Of a stretch of DNA of 64,000 nucleotides, positions 34,801-42,842 are shown piece by piece; the stretch's first letter is position 1; every line of letters begins with the position of its first letter. The stretch covers positions 461,571 through 525,570 of the forward strand of contig CAWHSH010000004.1 in assembly GCA_963831935.1 (NCBI GenBank), read 5' to 3'. The stretch is from an uncultured Bacteroidales bacterium (lineage in GTDB: Bacteria > Bacteroidota > Bacteroidia > Bacteroidales > VadinHA17). The translations under genes and the position numbers were made by a program. The notes beneath the pieces were generated by a model that saw only the letters and a list, made by a program, of their open reading frames with translations, made no database searches and was not told the origin of the DNA.

Positions 34801-35289
34801 TTTCCCCCCTTCGATTCTTATCTCGCTCCAGACAAGTTTCTTCATTGCCTGCGCAGGTGTTACCCATGGCCCCCCGCTTTCGCTCCAGCCCGGAGAACCT
34901 GCTATTGCCATTTCGAGTCCCAATGAATCAGCCAGCTTTGTCGTAAACAGAAAAGCATCTTTCCATTCGGGAGTCATAAAAACCAACCGTTTTTCAACGA
35001 TCTGTGGTGAAGCCAGGCCGGCATCAAAATTCTGAAAGCCACCGATGCCCGTCCGGTTCATCCACTCAAGGTCAGCCCTGATTCCCTCTTTTGAGATATT
35101 CCCGTTCATCCAGTGCCACCAAACACGGGGCTTGGCACTTTCAGGGGGATTCTGAAATCCCTCTTCAAGATTTTTGGTCTCAATAGTGCCGGGGCCTGAA
35201 CAACTTAAAAGAAACATACTGAATACAGCAAATGCCAGGTAGGTTGCTTTTGAAAAGCAGCTCCTACATAATCCGGTTAATTTGGTCAT
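31858..35289 (-). pseudogene. Large secreted glycoside hydrolase (GH106-like / rhamnosidase-type; family tentative), 3 frameshifts
   Basis: Lipoprotein signal FLLSCSG. N-terminal PRVWWHWMNGNISKEGIRADLEWMNRTGIGGFQNFD. Fragments 34144..35289, 32814..34157, 32231..32911 and 31858..32268. Confidence 0.55.
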
Positions 35290-35479
35290 AATAAATTAGT
35301 TAAATAGAGTCAATAAAAAATAAATTGAAGTTGCTGGTTATATGGTTGTGAAGATTTAAGAACAAGTAACAATGATTTTTGACTTAAGATATGATCATTA
35401 AGGATCAATTTGCTGTTGACTTTCATGATTTTTAAGTTCATAACTTCATAAATCCCGCACCGTTAACCATCAACCGTTA

Positions 35480-36343
35480 TTAAGTAATAAGTTCATTTAT
35501 TTTAGAATTTGTAGCAGCTGATATAAATCCGGGCAACTTGTAAACGGTCTCTTTTATATATTGTGCCCATTCCTGAGGAGATTTCTCACCCGACAGGGAA
35601 GTGTATGGAATCACCTTGCCAAACGTCAGGGTTACAGTGGAATTCCTTTGTTTCATCATTTCCCGCGGAAGAAGTGCTGACTCAACAAATATCTTTATTC
35701 CGAGGAATTCCCTCAGGTTAGCTATAAAATAAAACAGGTTCGAATTTCTCCCGCTAATATGTACAGGAATAATGTCCCTCTTATACTGGACAGCTTTTGA
35801 AACGAAAGTTTTATGCCACACGGGGTCGGAAATAATTCCCTTTTTTCTCCTTGATACCTCTCCGGACGGAAAAATCATTACCTGATTATCGGATTCAAAA
35901 AGTTCATTCAGCTTTTCCGCAGTTTCCCTGCTATTTTTCCCGAAAACATTTATGCCAAGCAAAACAGGCTGCAGATTTTGAATTAAGCTTAACATTTCAT
36001 TGGAAGGAGAGACAACACCCGGAAAAAATCGGTGAATCGCTACTAGAAATGACAGAGCGTCAATAGCTCCCAAAGGGTGATTTGAAACAAATATATGTCT
36101 TCCGCATGCAGGAATATTCCAGGTTCCTCTTATTTCAGTCTTTACGTTCCATCCTTCAAGGACATCACTTATAAATGGTATGCCTGATTTGTCATGGTGC
36201 CGGTAAATAGTAGCATTCATTTCATCCTGACAGATGAGCTTTTCAATTGCAGTGATTATAAAACCGGGGAGGGATTTAAAGAATCCGGAACTGCTGTTCC
36301 TGATTATATTCCGGATATCAATTACTTTTGGGACCTCTTCCAT
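35480..36343 (-). CDS. Lysophospholipid (PlsC/GlsA-like) acyltransferase family protein
   Basis: HX4D motif NHPLGAID and FPSGEVSRRK. 287 aa. Confidence 0.7.
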   Translation of the reverse strand: MEEVPKVIDIRNIIRNSSSGFFKSLPGFIITAIEKLICQDEMNATIYRHHDKSGIPFISDVLEGWNVKTEIRGTWNIPACGRHIFVSNHPLGAIDALSFLVAIHRFFPGVVSPSNEMLSLIQNLQPVLLGINVFGKNSRETAEKLNELFESDNQVMIFPSGEVSRRKKGIISDPVWHKTFVSKAVQYKRDIIPVHISGRNSNLFYFIANLREFLGIKIFVESALLPREMMKQRNSTVTLTFGKVIPYTSLSGEKSPQEWAQYIKETVYKLPGFISAATNSKINELIT

Positions 36344-36490
36344 AATTATACCTCTGCAAATGTAACTATTAAGTTATACAATATTTCTGTGGCAGTTGAC
36401 CACATATTTTTATAATTAGCATCTTCATAAACCGGATTGTCTTTTAGTCTGGAAGGAAAATATAATTGTCAGTTTAAGTACCTGAACCAT

Positions 36491-36907
36491 CTACAGATAT
36501 ACAGGAATAAGGAACAAAAGCAATACCACCGCCACTGATGCAATCACGGTACCCGCCCTGATCTTATAGTTTTCGACTTTCACAATGTTTGTCATTGGCA
36601 CAGATAAAATACCGTCTTTAATTTTGACCGAGGAAAGAGGTTCTGCATATATATGAACCTGCCGGTGTTTTTTGATCACTTCGGGCTTAAAGACAAGGGC
36701 TGAAAACATGTTTCCTGCTGCCGGGACCGGTTTAACGATCCATATACTGTCTTCAGAATGAAAATAGTAAAGGTTTTTCCAGCTCGGAATACTATATATC
36801 TGACCCGGAGGCAGTTCTTTCACGGTAGAACAACCCCGGATGAAATATCCTGTAAAAAACAGCAGAAATAAATAGAAATAAAGTCGTTTTGGACTTTTGT
36901 TCATCAA
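36491..36907 (-). CDS. Hypothetical lipoprotein with C-terminal TM helix
   Basis: Signal/lipobox FFTGYFIRGCS and a C-terminal hydrophobic helix VIASVAVVLLLFLIPVYL. No recognisable family. Confidence 0.45.
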   Translation of the reverse strand: MMNKSPKRLYFYLFLLFFTGYFIRGCSTVKELPPGQIYSIPSWKNLYYFHSEDSIWIVKPVPAAGNMFSALVFKPEVIKKHRQVHIYAEPLSSVKIKDGILSVPMTNIVKVENYKIRAGTVIASVAVVLLLFLIPVYL

Positions 36908-37002
36908 TAACTATTTTAATTTACTTTCTGCGAAAATCAGCGCAATCAGCGGGAAATAAAAAGAATGGATCTTACCCATTCCACAGATTATTGCAGATTA
37001 AA

Positions 37003-37356
37003 TCATTCCACGATCTCAGCATCATCATATTTCTGGCTCCGGATCTTAACTCTCCTCTGCACCCTGTGAACACCCCTGCTGCCAAAGAATCCCCACCCTC
37101 CGCTTCCGAGAAGGAATCCGAGGGCATAAAGGCCGCCGTTATTGTTCTGCGCATACATGGTGATCTCATTGTTGAAGAGCATCCCGATAAAATCAAAGGG
37201 GGCAATAAAACCATGCCATAATCCCCCGAAAAAGCCATACTTGTGTCCCGTCAGGCATTGATCAACTATCTCATTATTGGCGCACCCTGAGGTTATCACA
37301 ATGATTAACACTGATAACAGGACAAGGAAATTCAGTTTTGTCAGCATTGATTTCAT
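37003..37356 (-). CDS. Hypothetical small lipoprotein / membrane protein (Gly-rich)
   Basis: Lipobox IVITSGCA and Gly/aromatic-rich hydrophobic segments. 117 aa. Confidence 0.4.
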   Translation of the reverse strand: MKSMLTKLNFLVLLSVLIIVITSGCANNEIVDQCLTGHKYGFFGGLWHGFIAPFDFIGMLFNNEITMYAQNNNGGLYALGFLLGSGGWGFFGSRGVHRVQRRVKIRSQKYDDAEIVE

Positions 37357-37385
37357 AATAAGGTATTAATAAATGGCTATATTGA

Positions 37386-37961
37386 TCAGAAAAGCGTTCC
37401 GTTAACAGGCTGACCCGAGCATCTTTTTTCGTGATCTATCAGCCATTTTTTTCTTTCAAGTCCGCCGCCATACCCAATAAGACTTCCGTCAGATCCAATT
37501 ACCCTGTGGCAGGGAATAACTACAGCGATCCTGTTGGCCCCGTTTGCAGCTGCAACTGCCCTTACAGCCCTGGGATTTTCAAGTTGTTCTGCCTGTTCGA
37601 GATATGAACTTGTCGAACCGTAAGGAATTTTCTGAAGCTGCTTCCAGACTGCTACCTGGAAGTCAGTCCCGGGGGTGATCAGAGAAAGAGAAAATTCCTT
37701 CCTCCTTCCCCTGAAATATTCTTTAAGCTGCTTTCTTAAGGCCCGCAGATGCCTGTTTATGCCCCGCTTAACAGTAGTATGAAAAATGTATGAAAGATCT
37801 TTAAACTCATCATCCAGAGTCTTCCTGTCAGTGAATGCAAGAAGGCATATACCTTCCTTTGTTGCGGCAGCGGTCATTTCACCGAGTGGTGTTTCTATTA
37901 ATGTGGTTTTGATCATTTTACATCCCCCTGACCCCCTGCCTACCGGCAGGCAGGCCTTCAA
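37386..37961 (-). CDS. ogt: Methylated-DNA--protein-cysteine methyltransferase
   Basis: Active site IPCHRVIGSDGSLIGYGGG. The likely true start is MIKTTL at 37916, because the first 15 codons of the ORF run through a family B repeat. Confidence 0.88.
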   Translation of the reverse strand: MKACLPVGRGSGGCKMIKTTLIETPLGEMTAAATKEGICLLAFTDRKTLDDEFKDLSYIFHTTVKRGINRHLRALRKQLKEYFRGRRKEFSLSLITPGTDFQVAVWKQLQKIPYGSTSSYLEQAEQLENPRAVRAVAAANGANRIAVVIPCHRVIGSDGSLIGYGGGLERKKWLIDHEKRCSGQPVNGTLF

Positions 37962-37975
37962 AGGCGGAATTATTT
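37921..37975. repeat. G/C mini-palindrome repeat (family B)
   Basis: The string catccccctgaccccctgcctaccggcaggcagg. Its first 16 nt are the reverse complement of ggggtcagggggatg inside pnuT (41.56 kb). Confidence 0.6.
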
Positions 37976-38030
37976 AGATTCTACCGCCATTGCGATCCCC
38001 GCCAGCCGGCGTGGAGAATCAATCTCAACC

Positions 38031-38100
38031 TTATTTCTGCTTATTTCTATTTATTTCTATCTATTTCTATTTATTTCCGCTTTTCTCTACATCCTTCTAC
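38031..38100. repeat. Degenerate 10-bp tandem repeat (about 7 units, consensus TTATTTCTAY)
   Basis: Units ttatttctgc/ttatttctat/ttatttctat/ctatttctat/ttatttccgc/ttttctctac/atccttctac fall exactly on 10-nt blocks. Confidence 0.75.
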
Positions 38101-38546
38101 TTCTTCCCAAACCTTTCAGATGTTGATTTAATATACTTCTTATTTCTGAACCTCATTGCCGACCAGTCATCATCAATCGATACCAGACGGATCCCGTAGA
38201 AATCAAGGTCGTTTAGAATTTTCCACCCGTGATCCCTGTCGATTTCCGTGGAGTAGTTTTTCGATGTCTTCTTCGGATAGCAGAACCATAATATGCCATC
38301 TGCTGTAAGGTTATGTAGAGCAAGGGGTGCAAACTTTTCAACATCAGGGACTTGTTTGACAAAAAGTATCATGAAATCATATGGATACCTCTGATCAATC
38401 TCGTTGTCGACCTGGATATCCCTTATCTCCTCAATCGGCGCCAACTTAAAATTATTTTCAGCATTGATTACGGCAATTCTTTTCTGCCCTTTGTAATTAA
38501 GCTTTTCAAGAAGAGTTTTCATAAATTCCCCCGATTTGATTGCCAA
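38097..38546 (-). CDS. Hypothetical cytoplasmic protein
   Basis: 149-aa ORF with a probable start at MKTLLEKL (38522). No diagnostic motif recognised. Confidence 0.4.
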   Translation of the reverse strand: MAIKSGEFMKTLLEKLNYKGQKRIAVINAENNFKLAPIEEIRDIQVDNEIDQRYPYDFMILFVKQVPDVEKFAPLALHNLTADGILWFCYPKKTSKNYSTEIDRDHGWKILNDLDFYGIRLVSIDDDWSAMRFRNKKYIKSTSERFGKK

Positions 38547-38612
38547 TTTAACAAAAAAAATACCAATTCATTAAAAAAGTCAGGGAGTTATAAATAATCC
38601 GGTAAAAGTTGG

Positions 38613-38620
38613 TAAATTTG
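38613..38620 (+). promoter_or_regulatory. Candidate Bacteroidota -7 promoter element (TAAATTTG) for the TPP-riboswitch operon
   Basis: Matches TAnnTTTG and sits about 10 nt upstream of the first riboswitch helix. Confidence 0.35.
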
Positions 38621-38629
38621 CACTATCAA

Positions 38630-38705
38630 TAATGGGGTGCCTTAATATTACGGGCTGAGATCATACCCTTACACCTGATCCGGGTAATGCCGGCGGAGGG
38701 AAAAG
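38630..38705 (+). promoter_or_regulatory. TPP (THI-box) riboswitch
   Basis: The string ggggtgc..gggCTGAGAtcatACCCttacACCTGATCcgGGTAATGCCggCGgAGGGAaa matches the conserved THI-element core (CUGAGA, ACCUGAUCUGGAUAAUGCCAGCG, AGGGA). Confidence 0.85.
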
Positions 38706-38774
38706 AGAGTATCAAATAATCCGGCACGAAATCCACCTCACTGGTAAAAAAGAATTATTGGAGAGTCAGAATCA

Positions 38775-41209
38775 ATGAAAACAAGACTGTTTTTGTCTAT
38801 ATCGATCCTTCTGATGATTTGTCTTCAGCTTTCTGGTATTCAGGACAAGACATATATGATCAGGGGCAAGGTAACCGATGAGAACGGACTTCCTCTGGCC
38901 GGTGCAGGAATTACGGCAGTCAATACTCCAACCGGAACGTATTCTGGTGCAGATGGTTCATACATGCTTAAAATCATGAAAGAAGGGATCTTAAAACTCA
39001 GATTTTCATTTACAGGGTATGAACCTGTTACCAGAGAAATAAGTGTACCTGAAACACTTATCCTTGATGTATCTCTTGCCCCGCAGGTTACAGTAACAGA
39101 CGAAGTCATAGTCAGTGCAACACGTGCAGGATCGAGGACTCCGGTGGCTTACACAAACGTGACCAATGATGAAATAAGCAAAAGCAATACCGGACAGGAC
39201 CTCCCTTTTCTGATCGGGCTCACTCCCTCGCTTGTTGAAACATCCGAAGCAGGTACCGGAATTGGCTATACGAGTCTGAGGATCAGGGGAACTGATGGCA
39301 GCCGGATCAATGTCACACTTGACGGGATACCATTAAACGATGCCGAATCGCAGCAGGTGTTCTGGGTTGATCTTCCGGATCTTGCATCCTCTGTCGATAA
39401 TATCCAGGTGCAAAGGGGAGTCGGTACATCTTCAAATGGAGCCGGAGCATTCGGAGCGTCGGTAAATATTCTTACAAAAAATCCGGGAAATGATCCTTTT
39501 GCTGAGATCAGCACAACAGCAGGCTCATTTAATACTTTTAGGAATATGATCATGGCCGGAACTGGACTTCTTTCAAAGAAATTTGCCTTTGGAGATGAGA
39601 TACTCAGTCCTTCACAGCGACGGATATATTAAAAGAACCGGATCGGATAACAGATCAGCTTCGGTTTCAGGAGTTTACAAGACAAACAGGTCGTTCCTTA
39701 AAGCCAATATCATCCTTGGTGAGGAACACACCGGGATCAGCTGGTGGGGAGTACCCTACGAAATGCTCGGAATTGACAGAAGATATAATCCGGCCGGCGA
39801 ATACACCGATGAATCGGGGAACAGGAAATATTATCCGAATGAAACTGACAATTACTGGCAGAATCATTATCAACTGATTTTCGGCACCAGCTCTTAATCA
39901 GTATCTCACCCTTCATGCGGCTTTACACTATACTCATGGGAGAGGCTATTATGAAGAATATCGTGAAGACCAGGTATTTTCCGATTATGGAATACCTTCA
40001 GTAATTATTGATTCTTCAGAAATAGCTGTGTCGGACCTGATAAGGAGAAAATGGATTTCCAACGATTTTATAGGTGCGGTTTATTCTCTTAGCTTTAAAA
40101 AAGGAAAGACAGATCTCGTTCTTGGAGGAGGTACAAATATTTATGACGGGGATCATTTCGGCAGGATCATCTGGATGCAGTATGCAGGAAATACTGAAAA
40201 AGATTTTCAATGGTATCTGAACAACGGGAAAAAAGCTGAGGCCAGTATTTACGGAAAGATCAATTACAGACTAAGCGAACGGCTGACAGGTTTTGGTGAC
40301 CTGCAATACAGGTACATTTCTTATAAGATGACTGGTCCGGATGATGATCTTAAGGATATAACTCAATCACATTATTTTAACTTTCTGAATCCAAAAGCGG
40401 GGTTATTCTGGACGGTCACGCCACGGCAGGATCTTTACCTGTCGTTTTCTGTTGCCCACAAGGAGCCGACACGTGCCGATTTCAAGGAAGCATCGGGCGA
40501 CAGGAAAGCAACCCCAGGGGCCGAAACATTGTTCGATACAGAAGCAGGTTACAGTCTTAAAACCGGTCGGGCCGATCTTGGCATCAATTTTTACGGGATG
40601 ATCTACAAGGATCAGCTGGTGCCCACCGGAGAACTGAGTAATGTCGGTTACCCGATAATGACAAACGTGAAAAACAGCTACAGGACCGGAGTTGAAATTT
40701 CAGCCTCCTTAAGGGCGCCAAAAATACTGATCTGGAATCTGAATGCCACCTTTAGCCAAAATAAAATACTTGACTTTACAGAGTATTACACAGATTACAA
40801 TACCACCGACTGGAGCTCCCAATACAGAAGCAGGTCTCTTGGTAAAGTGGATATTGCCTATTCCCCTTCAATAACAGGATCGAGCGATATGATTTTCAGT
40901 TATTCAGACAGGCTGAAGTTCCATTTTATCAGCAAATATGTAGGGAAACAATATTTTGACAATACAATGAGCAGTGCCAGAATGCTGGATCCTTATTTCG
41001 TCAATAACGTCAGGATTGATTTTGAACCGGCGGTCAAAAAAATAAAAGGTATTGAATTACAGCTTCTTCTGAATAACATCTTTAATGCACAATATGAAAG
41101 CAATGCTTATGGTGGCAACTGGTCAGAAAACGGAATTGAAAAGACCTGGGCATATTATTTCCCGCAGGCAGGAATAAATTTCATGGTAAAGCTCGGGCTG
41201 AAGTTCTGA
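38775..41209 (+). pseudogene. TonB-dependent receptor (thiamine-regulon outer-membrane transporter), at least 2 frameshifts
   Basis: Signal peptide, CarboxypepD_reg-like domain (IRGKVTDENGLPLAGAGI), plug domain, and C-terminal barrel ending ..GINFMVKLGLKF. Fragments 38775..39632, 39583..39897 and 40028..41209. Confidence 0.8.
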
Positions 41210-41224
41210 CGTAATAATTATAGT

Positions 41225-41896
41225 ATGGCACTATCTGACTGGCTGGGAAAAAACTGGATTGAAATATTTGGTGCCGTTGCAGGCATAATCTACGTATTTC
41301 TCGAAATAAAGCAAAACCTCTGGTTATGGCCGGTCGGGATAGTCACATCTGCGGTCTACATCCTGGTTTTTTTCACAAGTAAGTTTTATGCAGATATGAG
41401 TCTGCAGGCCTATTACCTGGTTATCAGCTGCCTGGGCTGGTACTGGTGGGTCAAAGGCACAGGGCACAGGGCGCAGGGCTCAGGCAGGAGGAGGAATAGG
41501 AGAAAGGGAGAAGGGGAGATCAGGCATCCGCTCCCGGGAGGGGCCTGGGAAGGGGGTCAGGGGGATGTTAAATTGAAAGTAACCAGATTAAAGCTTCGTA
41601 CCGGGATAATCCTCACGGCTGCTTTTGCCTTAATATATGCGGGCATCTGGCTTATTCTTTCAAGGCTGACTGATTCACCGGTACCGGAATGGGATGCATT
41701 TATTACTTCATTGTCGGTAATTGCAACGTGGATGCTGGCCCGCAAGATCTATGAGCACTGGTATTTGTGGATAGTTGTCAATTCGGTATCATCCGGACTT
41801 TTCCTGTTCAAAGGACTTTATCCAACAGTAGGATTATACCTTATTTACCTGGTGATGTCATTTGCCGGACTGAAGGAATGGAAGCGTTCATTGTGA
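41225..41896 (+). CDS. pnuT: PnuC-family transporter (PnuT-type thiamine transporter) carrying an in-frame repeat insertion
   Basis: PnuC motifs (IFGAVAGIIYVFLEIKQNLWLWPVG, GWYWW). It is the second gene downstream of the TPP riboswitch. The central loop holds about 37 extra G/R-rich residues encoded by repeat DNA. Confidence 0.8.
   Translation: MALSDWLGKNWIEIFGAVAGIIYVFLEIKQNLWLWPVGIVTSAVYILVFFTSKFYADMSLQAYYLVISCLGWYWWVKGTGHRAQGSGRRRNRRKGEGEIRHPLPGGAWEGGQGDVKLKVTRLKLRTGIILTAAFALIYAGIWLILSRLTDSPVPEWDAFITSLSVIATWMLARKIYEHWYLWIVVNSVSSGLFLFKGLYPTVGLYLIYLVMSFAGLKEWKRSL
41455..41572. repeat. Composite family A/B repeat embedded in frame in pnuT
   Basis: The string cacagggcacagggcgcagggc, a purine-rich stretch, then catccgctcccgggagggg..gggggtcagggggatg. 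Same part order as the intergenic composite at 26.05-26.16 kb. Confidence 0.6.
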
Positions 41897-42842
41897 CCGA
41901 TCGCATGTGCATTCATTCGCAGGGAGAATTTCCTGAAGCAGGTTCATCATCACTAACCGATTGTACCGATCATCGATACATTTTCCGCAGGCGGAAAAGC
42001 GGCTCAAATCCCACACGTCTGCAAATACACGTCCCGCATTCAGTTTAAGACCGTATTCCAGAACAGTTTCGAGCGACCGGATAGAGGGTGGTGTAAAGAG
42101 TCCCTTGTTCATCAGGATTTCCATCGCTCCATTCCCTGGCCTTACCGGTATAATAGTGCAGCATTCAACACCCACACTGAAAGCAAAATCGAGCGACCGT
42201 TCTGCCCAGTAAATTCCTTCTGATTCTGTCAGAAATGGGTGGTCTCAGCAGGATGAATGCCCTTGACCGTATTTTATTTTTTAAAAGGAAGCTGACCGAC
42301 TTCGTGAAATCATCAAGAGTCATCTGTTTGTTGAGCTTCGCAAGTATTTCAGGATTGGCAATTTCGAGTCCAAGGGCTATTTGAAGGTCAGGTTTCAGCA
42401 TATCTCTGAAGATCAGGCATTTTTCATTTATCAGCCCTGGATGGCTTTCAACAATAATTGTATCTAATCCGTTGACCAGCGATGCGATTTTTTTATAATC
42501 TTCTTCGGGAATGGCTCCTGTATCAAAGAAGCTTCCGCTGTTATAGAGCTTCAGATGTTTTACAGCAGGAAGGCTTTTCAATGCCCATTCAATCTGGTTT
42601 GGAACGGCACCGGCGGGGACTGTCCTGTCGGTAGTATTTTTCCACAGGTCGCACATCAGGCACCGGAAAGTACATTCACGGTTGGTCAGAAAGATGATTG
42701 CCACATCTTCAATTTTCCCGGAATGGGTTCTTTCCTTTTCGACCAGCCATGCGTAAGGCTTCTGCGGATCGACAGGATTTTTCTTCCCGCGGCTCTCTTT
42801 TATCCAGCTGTTGTTTATTTTCAGATCAGGGATATCATTCAT
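41888..42842 (-). pseudogene. Radical SAM protein, RaSEA/TIGR01210-like, one frameshift
   Basis: CTFRCLMCDLW (Cx3Cx2C). The C-terminal part in a second phase reads ..CCTIIPVRPGNGAMEILMNKGLFTPPSIRSLETVL. Fragments 42165..42923 and 41888..42175. The probable start MNDIPD at 42842 overlaps the upstream stop by 8 nt. Confidence 0.65.

Noticed and set aside
6943-35289. Alternative genetic code or stop-codon recoding as the cause of fragmented genes
   Set aside because: Adjacent fragments of the same gene lie in different reading phases (checked by coordinate arithmetic for natB, grpE, capA, M61, GH9, GH106-like, SBP-2 and others). The breaks are therefore indels, not in-frame stops. There are far too many for programmed frameshifting.
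35735-35750. ggttcgaat string resembling a tRNA T-arm
   Set aside because: It lies inside the acyltransferase CDS, and no acceptor or anticodon stems could be drawn around it. No tRNA, rRNA or tmRNA signatures were seen in any intergenic region.
37990-38199. 69-aa ORF (FCLFLFISIYFYLFPLF...)
   Set aside because: Its sequence is a translation of the 10-bp tandem repeat, and it overlaps the 3' end of the opposite-strand gene.
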